A stretch of 64,000 bases of DNA. Source: Gracilinanus agilis. Lineage: Eukaryota. The notes beneath the pieces are model-generated. The model was given only the letters and a program-made list of their open reading frames with translations. It was not told where the DNA came from and searched no databases. Each line of letters begins with the position of its first letter. Within the stretch, counting starts at the first letter, position 1. The DNA lies in the NCBI RefSeq assembly GCF_016433145.1, contig NC_058131.1, forward strand, positions 669,461,418-669,525,417, written 5' to 3'. Positions 48,901 through 63,299 of this stretch are shown here, piece by piece. The position numbers and the translations under genes are program-made.

Positions 48901-49449
48901 TTCTGTGGAACATAACTTCATATGGTTTGACCATTTGGAGGTAAAATTCCTTGTCATTTATTTTGTTATATTCAAATGCTTCAATGTCTTTGTGATCTCA
49001 TCATTTTGAAAATTCCTTCCAACAATGGAGCTTTCAATATATCCATATCCTGCCCGTCTTGTATGATTTTTGTATCATCCTCCCCTGAGGTCCCCAGAAG
49101 GAAGCTAGCCAATGCCCTGGAGGACTTTGCTTTCTTATATTGTATGAGAGTACCAGTGGGACATCTATCTCTCCGTCTACCTGTTGTCCTTTGCTTTTGC
49201 TACATAACTAGATCATCTTCTTTTAAACATATAAAATAATATTATATATTACAATATTATTATTTTCTATTATGTATTATTAAATCTTTTATTCTTGTTC
49301 TTCAGAGTTCTTCATTGGTTATATATTGTTGCCTGTTCACATCTACCGTGTGCCTCTCTCCTTTGCCCTCTTTGTGATATTTATTGTTAATTCTTCAGAC
49401 TGTTGTGTTCTATGATCCTCTATCATGCCACAGCATTGGTAGAATGGTG

Positions 49450-50050
49450 ACATTAAAAAAGAAGGATTTTTGCTTTTCTGGAAAATTTGGAGTCATTAAA
49501 GGAGCTTTCTAATTTCCTGAAACTAACTAACTCTGTTCCTTCTGGCCATCTGTACTTTTTTTGTAGCTATATATACTAATGGATAAACACTATAGGTTGT
49601 CCATCCAAATAAAGGTTATAATCCACTCCATAGAGATTCTTCATCCATTTGGTTTACTGTGTGAATGGTCAGACCAAACTCTTTTGTGTGATTATGCAGA
49701 TCTGCCAGTAGAATCTATAGCATTCTGAGATTTGATACATTTGACACAATGTCATCCACAAGTTGGAGCATTCAGAAGACCTCATCATCCAAACTTCTGG
49801 TTGGCTTGGTAAAATAATTATTAGCATAATCGCATGAGCTATGTTGGTTTGAGAGATTGCTCACTCAAAATGTGCCTTGAACTTTGGGTAGATCTGAGGG
49901 GTCCATAACTGCAGAGAGGCCAGGCTACCATATTCTAGTATATCTGTGATCTTATTGATTCAGGAGTTATCTCCAACAGTAAAGATCACTGACCATCCAT
50001 CCTAAATGACTATTGTCCATTTTCTCCTAACAGTTCTCTACAAGTATCTA
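49450..50050 (-). mobile_element. Degenerate RTE-type LINE RT fragment
   Basis: On the - strand, EFGLTIHT...TKWMKN (frameshifted) near 49630-49680. Confidence 0.55.
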
Positions 50051-52919
50051 CCCAGTCTATGGGGTGGGGAGCCTTTTTGTTTTCTATCAAAGGAGTAATA
50101 GAATTCCTTTGAAAAATAATCAGTCTTTCAGGGGTTTTGTTGGTTTGTTTTCTTCATTCTTTTAGAAAAGTCTCTTTCTGATCGCAGCGGGGGGGGGGGG
50201 GGACGTTGAATTGTCTCTCAAAGTCCTTATCTGAATGAAATAGTCTTAATTGCTGTGGGCCCAGGACAGCTGTTCCGAGTGGAAGGAACAGTAATGGCAG
50301 TGGACAACTAAAAAATGCTCAGAAGAACTGAGTCGGCTGGAGACACTGGAGGCAGCTGTGCAAGGTGGCAAGGTCAGAGAGAGATGCTGCTCTGGCCATG
50401 CGCTTAGCATGACCAGGAGCAGGACTAGTTAAGGACAAGAAGGAAGCCAAAGGGCAGAAGAGGCAGAAGGAGGGAATTGTGGACTAGTGGCTTCCAGTGA
50501 GAATGTAAGACTAGGCAGACTGGCAGCAACAGGGCTGAGGCAGCAGTAATATTGCTCTGTATATCTGAGAAGGTCAGCCTGTGCAGAATGCTGCCACCCA
50601 GAGACTTCAGAACTGGGATCTGGGGAGTCTGGCAAGAAGGTAGTGATGGAAGTGGCAAGGGAAGAGACACAAGGGCACTTCATCCCCTCCAGGTAGTGTG
50701 AGGGAGGTGACCACTCCCAGAGTCACAGGGACAGGCTTTCCCCCCATGACTTTTCTTAGCTCTTCTCTCACAACTCATGCTGTTAATCTCTCTAGGCAAA
50801 GTGTTACATGAGTTGGGTGTGTCTTCTGTACAGGGACTATATGAATCTCTTGTGAGAGGGCTTATTTCTTAAACTAGAAAGCATCATGGAAACACAAATG
50901 AGTACAGGTAAGATAATACAAGAAGAATTAATTAAACACCTACTGTATTCAGGTCTCTTCCTTACTCCTGAATATATAATGCTAATAGCAAAAAAACCAA
51001 ACCAAACCAAACAAAAACAGCCACTAAAGGGCAATTAGGAGGTTCAGGGGATAGAGCACCAGGCTTTGAGATGGGAGGCTCTGGTCTCTGGATACTTCCT
51101 AACTGTGTGACCCTGGGCAAGTCACTTAACTCCAATTGCCTAGCTCTTACTATTTTAGAACCAATATTTAGTATTAACTCTAAGACAGATGGGAAGAGTT
51201 TGAAGGGAAAAAACCCCAGCCCCTACCCTTAAGGAATTCTGTTAAAAGAACTGGAACACTCTTTCTTCACAACCTCCCTGGAAAAAGGTATTATAATCCC
51301 CCCCCTTTTTTTGTAAGTGAGAAAAAGACAATTGAGAAGTCTCAGAGTGACTTAATCCACGATCACACATTCTGAGATAGGATTTGAACCAGTCTCTTGA
51401 TGTTGGGTTCAGTGTTTTATCCACTCTACCAGGCGGATCCATCAGATCCGAACTCAAAATCAGCTCTTCATGGAGTGGTGATTTGATATATAGAAGACAC
51501 AAATAAGCTCTTAACCTTTCTAAATGCTAAGTTTTATTTTATTTTCACATCTGATTCTTTCCCTCTCACTTTTTCCCTCATCACCTTCCATCTCCCATCA
51601 ACTTGAGAAAGTAAGAAAAATAAAATCCCCTGTTATACCATGAATAACAAAGTAAAATAAATCCCTGCACTGGCCAGTGCTAAGCTTCTTCCAAAGGGTA
51701 CCCTGATTGTTGGCATTTGCCATCCCAAGAGAAAGTGGATTTCTCTTTCCCGTAGGCTCGAGCAGGTCCAATATATAACATTGGCGACTGAGAATTTCAG
51801 TTTTGAGGTTTGGTCTCTGCTCAGATTTTGTGTTATCTTTTTCTACAGGAGGTGTAGTCCAACCACCCCACCCTACCCCAGCTGAGGGAAAAACAAGACA
51901 AAATGTATATGTTTTCTCTTAACCCAAGGGATGGAGCTCCCCTCCCTTAAGGAGACATTACAAGCAAAGGTTGAACCAGAAGAGTTTAAATTCCTCTTTG
52001 CTATGGGTATAACTTTCCCTCATTGAGGCTTTGTCTTATTTATGCTCAGAACTTAAAATGTACATGTATAACCTAATGGAATTGCTTGTCAACTCTGGGA
52101 GAGGGGAGGGAAGAGAGGAGGGAGCCAACATGAATCATGTAACCATGGAAAACTTATGCATAAATTTGTCACTGGAATAAAATGAAGGGGGAAAAAAAAG
52201 AACTTAAAATGTACACCAGAGATACAACTCGGAATTTCAGCATAAATCCCACAGACCTCAACATCAAACATATTGAGGTAGATAGGAGCTTGCCTCTACT
52301 TTCTTCCTGTTTAACTAGTTATTCTTGCTAACTGTGAAACACTCAATTGTTCCTACACTGCTGAAAGGCTGAAAGTCTTATCAGTACCTTTAAAATTCAG
52401 GGACTTGGGAAAAGTTCCAGCTGTCCTTGTCTAGTTAGAGCTCTTGTGTGTGGCCTCTCTGGCAGCCTTCACTCACCCAAGGATGCAGGCAGAAGCCACT
52501 CAGAAACTTGAACTCTCCCAAAAGTCAAACAGGAAGATCAGAGATTTAGAGCTGAAAGGAAGGAAAAGAACATTTATTAAGCGCCTATTATATATGAGGA
52601 CTATGCTAAATGCTTTACAAATATGTCATTTGATGCTTATAACAACCCTGAGGTAGATGTAATTATTATTATTTCCATTTTATAGTTGAAGAAAATGAGG
52701 CAGAGGTTTAGTGACTTGTCCAGAATCACAAAGCTGAGATAGGATTTGAACCCGGGTCTTCCGACTCCAAATCAGTGCTTTTTCCACTAATTGTTCTGCC
52801 TCTTAGGAGGAGTCTCTTCATCCTCTCCAAAGATCAGAACCAGACTGGCACCCATTGTCTCTTGCTGCTTCTTGAAGTGGCCCAGGAGCACCAGCTTACC
52901 TGACTCACTTGACTCTAAG

Positions 52920-53123
52920 GTTTCAGGTGGCGTCTGGGAATAGTTTCCCCAACAGATGCAGAGCGGGCTCCTCTTGGGCTGGGCAGCACACATGGTCAGA
53001 GTCAGCAAATCCGCCCCTAAAAATAGGCTCTGGTTTCCAAGCTGGTAAGGTCGCCTGTGGGGCTCTGGGACATGCAACTGGGATACCTGCTCCCTCCGGC
53101 ACTCCTGGTGCTCACAGGTAAGC
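52920..53123 (+). promoter_or_regulatory. Muscle-type promoter and candidate non-coding first exon (probably of DUSP29/DUPD1)
   Basis: Perfect MEF2 site CTAAAAATAG at 53017-53026; E-boxes at 52924, 52953 and 52989; GC box CCGCCC at 53011; donors CTG|GTAAGG (53045) and CAG|GTAAGC (53118). The DUSP29 link is inferred from gene order. Confidence 0.5.
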
Positions 53124-56100
53124 CAATCCAGGAGGGAAAGCTTGGCAGGGCTTCTGCTTGGCACCACTTGTGTGTTTCCCTAGGATGCTGGGAGGTGAAG
53201 GAAAGGGACAAATGTTGTCTTCGCTAAGGGAGTTTAGGGGCAAAGAGGCATCCCCTCCCCCAGCAGCCATGAATGAGATATGAAGACTAGGGGTTCAAAA
53301 CTGGAGTGTGTGAGGCTAGATTTGAGCTGAAACTCTTGCTCACAGAGGTTCTCGGTTAAACAGGAGGAAATTGTCCCAAGAAACCAGAAGTTTCTACAAA
53401 TGCTTCTCCTCTGATTTGGTTATCAGGTCCCCTTGGACAGAGTCAGCCTGAGCCTGCTCTTTCTTTTCAGTGGCTTTGTCCTAAACTAAGAGACTTCCTT
53501 TTGGTCTGAAGATTCGTCTTCTTCCCTTCAAATATGATCCCTTGAGTCCAATCACCCTTTCTCCAGGATGAGACTGCAGTGGAAAGTTCTATGGGTCCTA
53601 GTGAGACATGGGTGGCGTATCAAATTCTGGTGCTTTCCACTTTAAATTCGCTGGTTTGGCCAAGAAACCTATTAAGGGAATGAATTCAAGGAATCCTTGA
53701 CAGTGAGTGCCACTGAATTTCAAATGAGGCTATAAAGTAAATGAGAGCTGAAAGTTTATTAATTATTAGATTTGGTAGGTCTATTATACCATCTCATATG
53801 TGTATGATATAGTGGAAAGAACCCAGAGGACTTGTGTTCAAATTCCACATCTGGTATTTACTATTTATATGTCTTTAAACAAGTCATATAATTCTTCTCA
53901 CTCATGTCTCAGTTTCCTCATTTGTAAAATGAATGACTTCAGACTTTGGCAGCTTCTGGAGTGTTTTCTAGCTGTAATTCTAATCCTTTGTACCATGCTT
54001 TTACCCTAAAGTATTTTTCTTCTTTTATTTTTTTTAATCCTTACTTTCTGTCTTAGTGACAACTCTAAGACAGAAGGGCAACTGCTAGGCAAACAGAATT
54101 AGGAGACTTGGCCACAGCCACACAGCTAGGAACTATGTCTGTGGTCACTAGAGCATTATTCTAATTATGACCTTATTTTAACTTCATTTGAACCTTGAGA
54201 GGTGAGAAGGGCCATTTTACCCAGGGGGAGTCTAAGACTAGAGGAGAATTGACTTGCCTGAGGCCACATCATAGGTCTCTGGCAGCAAAGTAGACCTCAG
54301 AGGACTACTACAATCTAACCAGTTTGTTGTTTGTCTCAGTCATGCCTGACTCTTTGGGACACCATTTGGAATTTTTTCGGTAGAGATATTAGGGTGGTTT
54401 GCCATTTCTTTCTCCAGTTCATTTTAGAAATGAGGAAACTGAGGCAAACAAGGTTAAGTGGCTTGCCCAGAGTCTTCATCATCATGAAGATGAGTCTTCC
54501 CCAACTCTAAGTCTGGCACTATTGACTGCCCCACCTAGCTGCCCTTTAACCAGGTGGTTACACTTAGCACCCAAATTCCAGAAATAATTAAATAAAATAG
54601 GAAACTGACAGAACAGCTCTTCCCAATCCCTGCCATCTTCTTCCTTCCTTCCTTTCCCATTATCCTTCAAACAATATCCTCATGGTGGTCCTCATCTCTT
54701 GGGAGATGGGTGTCCTGGAATCTCTGTTTCCCTATCAGGAGGCATTACCCTGGACCTTCTATCCCCAGGGTCTTTGCCCACTTTCATTTGTCTTAGAATG
54801 ATGATCTGAGGACTCTTTCCTGATCCTTGCCCCACACTTTAAACTTGCCATTTAATCTCCTTGCCAAATCTTGAGAGTTCTATCCAGGACAGTGTCCTGT
54901 TCCCAGTCCAGAGCTCTTCCTATTAGATCATGGTGTCCCTTCAACTGTGACTCAGAAAGCACTCCTGTACCTGGAACCCAATAGTCACCATTGAGGGACT
55001 GTCTCATAGCTTGTGAATAGAATGATGTTTAGAAGTGGGAGGTGTGCATTCAAGAAGAGGACAGCAAGTCCTTTTATTTAAAATAATTGGTGTGAGCAGA
55101 TACCAGACATTGAATGGGTTGGGGTTTTTCCCCCCCTTCAGCAGAATTTAATTAGGACTGGATTCTGCTCTTCTCTGAAGAAAATCACTCTGTTCCCTGT
55201 AAAATAACATTTCTCTCAGATGAACAGAGCATAAAGTTTGGGGCCACATCCTCTAGGGATGGGGACAGAGAGAAGAGAAGGGACTTAAATATGGGCATTA
55301 GACTGGCATGAAGATGAGTGGGTAATAGAGTACACAGGAGATTCAGCATTAGAAGAGATCTTAGGGGTCATCTAGTATAGGACTTCTTAACCCTTTTGGT
55401 TTGGGTCATGGACCCTCTTGGAAGTCTAGGGAAGCCTACAACCCTTTTGTCAGAATAATATTTTTAAATGTACAAAATAAAATATGTTGGATTGTAAAGG
55501 AAAACAACTTATATTGAAACATCATTATTTCCCCCCATCTAGTTCATTGCCCTCTCTGAAATCTACCTAGGAATCACTGCGATCCAGGTGAAGAACCTTT
55601 CATCTAGTCTAATCCCCTTAATTTTGCCAGGGAGGAATGAAGAAATTAAATATTTTGCCCAAAGACACATAGGTGGTAAGTGGCGGTGGAATTAGGATTG
55701 AGACCTTAGGTCCTCTTCTCATTTCAAAGCCAATGCTATGGATCTCTTTGATGAAGGCAGCCCCTTCACTGACCACATGGAGCCAGTCTTCTTTGCCTGG
55801 GACTGCAGGGGCAAACTGGTGCAGACAGACTCCCTGTGGCTGATTTGTCATCTCTCTGGACTTCACTAAGTCTCCTTTTGGGAATAAAGTCCCAGAAAAT
55901 AACAGAGCTGGGGAAGAAACCCTCTGCAGGGAAGGCCAGGGCAGGAATCAGAAAGCTTTCAGGCCTCCCACATGGAGGATCAGAGCTCATTGTTGTTGTT
56001 TTTTTGCTGGGCACCCCCTAATGAGTCCCAGGGGCCTGACTCATGATTAACTAGGAGGTAATAGTTAAGATTCTACAAAGAAATGTTGAGTTTCTGAAGC

Positions 56101-56709
56101 CCCTATGGGAGGGCACTGAGGCATTAGTAAGTAAGTCCAGAGGGTGAATTGAGGTAGAATTTCTATCATCAGTGAGAAGTTCACTATGTTCTCACCCAGA
56201 CTGGGCTGACCCCAGTGTGGGCACATTTCCCCAGAGTAGCCACAGAGAGACTGCTTAGAGGAAGGATGAACTTGTCTAATAGGAAAATTCCATGGTTCCA
56301 TTGCCCAGGCACTGAGTCAAGTTTCATCAAATAAATGGGCTGGATCATTTATGGAAACCATCTCTATAGACACCCTGGCTCTCTATTTGCTTCTAGTCAC
56401 TTAGGTTTGCAAATTTGAGGTTAGCCTTACTTTTCTCTCTCCCCTCATCTGCCATATTTAATCAGTTGCCATGTCTGGATAGGTCTCTAATGATTTGAGT
56501 CCTTTTGAGTATTTTGTACTAAATTAAGATCTTTATTGCCATCTGTGTTGTCACAGTCCTTAAATCATCTGGAAACTAACCTTCTTCCATGAGGGTACAG
56601 ACTTACCATGATTAGTGGGTCTGGGGACAATACTTACCCCCAAATTCATGGTTATAAACATGACCAGGGGCTCAATGCCCAATTGTATAAGACTGTTCTC
56701 ATTGGTGAG

Positions 56710-56950
56710 GCAACAAGTGGATAGAATATGAAGGATTGGAGTCAGAAAGACCCAAGTTCAAATCAAGTCTGATTCGATATATGGCCCTAGGCAAGTCATT
56801 TAGCCCTATTTGACTCAGTTTCTTCACCTGTAAAATAAGCAGGAGAAGGAAATGGCAAAGCACTCCAGTGTCTTTGCCAAGAAAATCCCAAATGGGATCC
56901 CAGAGAGTTGATTACTACTACAATGACTCAACAACAACAACAACCACAAT
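56710..56950 (+). mobile_element. MAR1-like SINE (similar copies at ~54310-54550 - and ~60480-60720 +)
   Basis: GGAGAAGGAAATGGCAAA...CCAGTGTCTTTGCCAAGAAAATCCCAAATGGG motif. Confidence 0.8.
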
Positions 56951-57011
56951 TACTCAATGTCTGCATGAGGGATGAAGTTGATGAGAGCTTGAAAGAGGAG
57001 AGAGACCCTGA

Positions 57012-57215
57012 TCTTCTGACTTCCAGCTTTAAGAGAGAAGACTTGGGGATCCAGAATCTCTTTAGGAGGAGGTACCTGACAGGAGAAAAACAGTCTTGTG
57101 TAGTAAGCTAAGGTTAGAAAGGCTTCTGTACCTACCAACTCCTTCCATCAGGTACCTCTTTTTGAAGAGAATCTAGAACCAGAGATCTTCTCTCTCAAAC
57201 TTGGAGGCCAGAAGA
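57012..57215. repeat. Imperfect inverted repeat, 68-bp arms with a 68-bp spacer
   Basis: Arms 57012-57079 and 57148-57215 match at 52/68 positions ungapped as reverse complements (hand count). Confidence 0.85.
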
Positions 57216-60200
57216 CCAAGTTCTCTCTCAAGCTTCCTTATGTAGGCATTGAGTAATTGACTTCCATCAATAAGTTTTAAGCAAATAGGGTCTAAGCCCC
57301 TGGTTACATATTAAAAAATATCATTTTTTTTGCCATATGTCAACAACTGGTAAACTTGGTGATCCAGAAAGGTGGAGAACACACATTTAGAATCCCCAAA
57401 GTCTATCAGAGGTGACAAGATTTTTAAGAAATTTGTTTAAAGATTTTTTTAATAATACAGAGAAACATTTTTTTTTGCAATTTTGCAATCCAGATTGTCT
57501 CCCTCCTTCCTCGAGATGGTAAATAGTTTGATACAGGCTATACCAGTGCTGTCATACAATACATATTTCCATATAACTCATGCCTTGAAAGAAAACACAC
57601 CACATACCAGAAAAAACTCATGAAGGAAATAAAGTGAAAAATGCTTTGATCTGCAATTAGACTCTGTTTCTTCTATGGCTGTGGAGAGCATTTTTTAAAA
57701 ATCATGTGTCCCTTGGGGTTCTCTTGGATCCTTCCTTGCATTACTGATTTGCTTGTATTGCTATTTACTTTCTATTACTGTATACAATGTTCTTCTGGTT
57801 CTGCTCACTTCACTTTGCATCAGTGCACGTAAGTCTTTCCAGGTTTTTCTGAAACCAACCTATTCATCATTTATTATGGCACAACAGTATTCCATTACAA
57901 CCATATACCACAACCTGACAGGCTTTTTGAAAAAGAGCCATCAGTGTTGGTCCATCGTCAGGCAGCCAATGGCAAGCTGCCCCTCTGATTCCATCAGAGA
58001 AACTTCTTTGCACTCTGTAAAGGGATATATCTTTACACTCCTCTTAACACATTAACACCTCATCATTTCCTGTTCCCTTCTGTGATTCCAACAACTGTCT
58101 GGGGACCAGGTGGGGGTGGAACCTATTAGTTGGGGTTGGAGAATCAACTGGATAGGAACCAACCCTCATCCTCCTACATACACAAAATCATTTTGGTTGG
58201 AGTAAGGGAAGAGAGAGTGTAGGAAAGTCATTCTGTGGGAGGTAGCCCTTGTGCTAAAAAAGAAGTTAAGGATTCCAGGAAGTGAACAAGATGTGAGAGA
58301 GCCTTCTAGGTATAACACAGAGGGCATGTACTAGGTAGTCCAGCCTCACAGGATAGGGATGTGTGGGAGAGAAAGTAAGGTAAAGTATCTGGAAGGAAAG
58401 ATTATGAAAGGCTTTAAATGTAAACAGAGAAGTTTTGATCTAAATTTTTGATTTTTGATCTAAATAGGGAGGTACTATGGTTTCTTGAGGAAGAATAACT
58501 TGGGCAGTCCTGTAATTTATGAATTTCAGTTTTGTGACTTTTTATTCTTCAGTAGGGAATCTCTAACTACCACTGCTTATCTTTTCCCTCTAATCCTTAC
58601 AGGATCATCTCTCACTTGATGGCACCTGTGAACCCACATCCATCCATCCATCTATCCATTCCTTCCTTCCTTCCTTTCTTCCTTTTTCCTTCTTTCATCT
58701 CCTCTTCCCTTTCACTCTTTTTCTTTTTCATAAAGAGTTTCATATGAAAATGTTCAGGGGTCCTTCATACTCTTCTCTTCCATGACACATTTTTCTACTC
58801 TTTGGTCTTCTGACCTAAGTTAAAATTCAACATTGCTCCTTCTGGTCCTTTTCCTTTTCGTTTTCACATTGAAGTCTTTCTTGTTTTAAAGGAACACTTA
58901 ATTCTCTCTGTTAATTTACAGAGAATTTCCTTTGGAAAGGAATTCTTCAAGCTTCTTTATTGTCTGTTCTAAGAGGGAGATCAACCTGACGGTGGAGCAC
59001 AAATGATGATTCTTTGGCTATGACAGAAAGAAAAACAAGCAGCACACTGTAAACTTATCACTACAAATTTGTCTTTCTTTCCATATTCCCGGGAATGACC
59101 ATCCTTAGTCCTTTGTAGTTCTTGCTGGTAGCCCTTGTGAATTTCTTTAGAGAATTCTCTCAACCTCATTAATAATTTCTCAGCTTGTCAGCACTCCAGT
59201 TGCCACATTTAACCTCCTTTCCTTCACTTTATCAACTTCCTTATAACTTTTTCTTTCTCCCTTACCTCAAATCCTTCTCTTTCAATTCCTTCTTAAGTAC
59301 TCCCAAATCTCCCTCCTTAGATTCAATCTCTGACTACCATCATATCTTCTTGTTCACAATTCCTTCTCCTCTATTCCAAATCCTTCTCTTTTTCCTGCTC
59401 CTACTCACTTTTCTCTCACAACAGCAAGAACTTACAATTCACAAAAACACACATATGAACTGAAATCTAGCCAAGCTTAGATTTATATTGATTTTTTAGA
59501 TCAAAGGAAAGACTTTACATTTATCGCTATTAAATTTTACCTGTACACTGTCCTTTCTTTTAAGTTCTAGACTTGTTTGTCTAAAAATGCTTATCAATCA
59601 AGAGAACTTCAGTGCCATTGCTGCTAGATTTGTTGTTTTGAACACTGAAACCTAAATGATCATGATAAAGCAACAGTTAAATTGGATTAGGAAATACATG
59701 ATAAAATCAAGAAAAGCATTAGTTATTTGCATTTTAAAATGTGACATTCCAAACATTTCCCAGCTCTAGCCTTCCTTGGAAATTCCATATCTCAAATTGG
59801 TGTCTATTTTAACCTCTTGCTAGGGAAGTAGGTGACTAGTTGCCATTTAGGGGCTGATCAAAGATGCTTCAATAGTGCGGTAAGTACTAATGCCACTTGT
59901 TTCTACAGATGCTGCAGGGTCAGTCATTGCCAGCCTCCATCATCCTTGGGTTTTGTCATGCCCTATCCAGCCTCAGCAGGGCAGGAACAAACAGTTTCCC
60001 CTCTGCTTTGGCTTGAATTCTCCTCCTGGCTTCAGAGCTTTAGTAATGACACAATAGAAGAATTTTAAGGCTTCCTGGAAGAGGAGAAGCTACAGGAGAT
60101 AGAACTTCCAGCACTGTTGATGGCTATTCTTCTCCCTAACTCTGTCTTGGTTCCTCTCTCTGATTTTTTTTCTCTCCTTTTCTGTTCCTCTCCCTAATGG

Positions 60201-63200
60201 AATCTGTGCCACCACTGGTCATCATCACCCATAGTCACTCTATTCATTGATCAGATGCACCCCAGAAGCTGGTCATTCCAAGAAGAAAAGAGGCAAATGA
60301 ACCCATGTCAGAGTGTCAGCATTCTGGCAAGGGACTTGGATGCCCCTCTTTTGGTTCAACATTCTAGTATGTCAGTCTTTTTGGAGCCTAGATTTGTCAT
60401 CTTTCATTGCCCTAATAACAAAAAGCTGATAAAAATTAGATGAAGCTTTTAAATGAATCTGAATTTGTTTTATTTATCACAATAGCATCTGGTGGCACAG
60501 TGGATAGAGTCTAGAGTCAGGAAGGCTCATCTTCCTGAGTTCAAATCTGGCCTCAGAAATTTAATCGCTATATGACCCTGAGCAAGTCATTTAACCCCAT
60601 TTGCCTCAGTTCTTCATCTGTAAAATGAGTTGGAGAAGGAAATGGCAAAGTATTCCAGTATCTTTGCCAAGAAAACTGCAAATGGGGTCAGAGTCAGACG
60701 TGACTGAAATGATTGAAAAACACATCTGAAAAACATTAATAGGTATTTGCATGTGAGTTATTTAATTGGTTTACACAAGAGTGGCTGCTTATTTATTATG
60801 CTAAGTAATGTTACATACTTATTGAAGCTGTCAATATGACCATATTGAGAGCTGGATTTGGAGTCTGAAAAAACTGGGTTCAATTCCCACCTCTGACATA
60901 ATTTACTAATGGGATGGCCCTGGGCAACTCACATTACTGCTCTGAGCCATAGTATTCTCATCTGTAAAATGGGAACAATAATACCTCATAATGTTGTTGT
61001 AAGGACCAAATGAGAGAATATATATAAAGAACATTGCAAAACCAAAGTTTTATTTGAACAGATTCATATTATTTTCTATATATAAATGTTATTTGCACAG
61101 ATTTATATTATTTTCTATAAACAAGCCATTATCATCACAGTTACAATACTTATTATACAAATGGATTTACAGAGCCTTATAATAAGTTTCCAACTCCACA
61201 TTCCATCTTCTCCCCACTCTCCACTCCCCACCCCCCAAATATGGATTCTTGGCTCACAGATAGGGAATCTCTACTCCACAACATGTCTATCAGCTGAAAA
61301 AGACTTGGTTTGGTGAGAAATGAAAATCAGCCAGAACAAAGGAAAGATTTGGAGAAGTGCAAGCAACAGTTCAGGCAACTGAAGAGCTAGCTGATGGGAA
61401 AGTCAGTTGAGACAGCCCACTAGTATTTTTTATGATCTTAATGTTAGGCGCTATGCTAAGCTTGTGGGATGCAAAAAAATGTGAACCCTTTCTTGGTCCT
61501 CCAGGAGCTAATATTTTAATGGAAAAACCCAAGCAAAAGGCTGACTTTCTCAAACCTAACAGCTAAGCACCCATTCCCAAACTATTCCAATTCTCTACAA
61601 TAGCCAGACTTCAAAGCTTGTTTTCCTCCCCTTGTGTTTTATAACATAGGACCTTTGAGAGACTTAAAACTCCCTGGGTGCTTGATGGCAGCGTGCATCC
61701 TGAAGTGGTACTCTAATGAGAAGAGGACTAATTGGCCATTATTTCTGAATTACCACTTTGTGAAACCTACCAGCAATATTTTCATAAATTCCAAGGAAAA
61801 TATTCCAGCCACTTGAGCATTAAGAAAAACAAAGGACTCTCATCAGCTGCTTCTGGGCTCTTTGCGGCATGCAGAATCCTCTTTGCAAGGGAATCGCCAG
61901 AAACTATACTTTTGTCCTAATCACAGCCAAAAAGGAAATGTAATTAGAGTTCTCAGATGTCATTTTCAGGCTTGCACTGACTTGGACCTGCCCCAAAAAC
62001 TGGGATGGAGGAAAATCAATTAGGGACTCATAAGTAATCATTTTGAAACTCTTGAACACTGTTCGAAGAGTTAATCAAATAAGTTAATGACGTCAACAGA
62101 TTTTATAAGGAATTGGAGCTTCCTAAGGCAATATTCAATTCTTACCACTCTAAATGAAGAGCTTAAAAAAAAGATTTCAAATTAATTCATGTAATTTTCT
62201 TCTGTGAACAATCTGCGAGGACCCTTGATCTAAAAGGGAAAAAAAATCTGTCACACTTGGATGACAGCCTACATTTCATGAATTAAATTACATGTAATTT
62301 AAAAATTCCTGGGTTAAAAACTAAAAAAGAAAAAGCCACAGAGCAACTTTTATTTCACATTTGAAATAATCGTTACAGATTTAAGATGTATGAAGGAAAG
62401 TATTGACTGTAGTGAATTTTTTTAAAAAATGAATGCATGGGTATTTTATACCACTACCTTCATTCACTTAATTCACTTACTTTCAAGAAGTATTGTCTTC
62501 AGTAAAGGAATTTACCTAACCATAATGACATTTTCATTTTTCCCATCCTTTCAAAGAACGTTCCAGACCCAACTTGGGTGGTGGTAAGGGCTTGGGAAAG
62601 AAAAGCAGCTCCAAGTAGCTTATATGCACAAACCAACATCCTCTGGCTCCAGCAACTCCAGCTCTCAGTGCCAAATAACTACAGTAAAAAATATGATTCA
62701 TATAACAGATCCACAATGGATTGTTAAGGGAAACAAGAATAACTGTCTCTGACTCTTGTCCTGTACAAATAAGGATGATTATATCTGATTGACCTAACTT
62801 TTGAGAGCAAAGTCAAGGAGGATAATTATATCTGCTCACTTATCAACTGGTACCCTGAAGGGGGAAAAAATAATTGGACCTTTGGAAAGAACAATAGATT
62901 TTTAGCCAAATCCTGGGTTTCAATCTCATTTCTGTCTTTTACTACCAATGAGACCTTGGACACATTTTTTAACTTCTCCTGGCTTCATCTTCTTCATTTG
63001 AGACTGTGGGACTAGATGGCCTCTAAAGTTCCTTTTAGCTCTGAATCTAATCTACTTATGATATATACTATATGTCTGAATTCAAGTAAGAGAAATAGTA
63101 GAAGGCTTAGAATCAAGAATACCTGGGTTTAAATCTTGCCTGAGAAACTTATTAGTTGAATAACCCTGGGCAAATCATTCACTTTCTCTGTGACTTAGCT

Positions 63201-63299
63201 TTCTCATCTTTAAAATGACCGATTAGACTCAATAACATCTAAGGTTTCTTCCAGATCTAAATCTAGGACTCTCTGATCAGCTTATATGGATTTAGTTAT

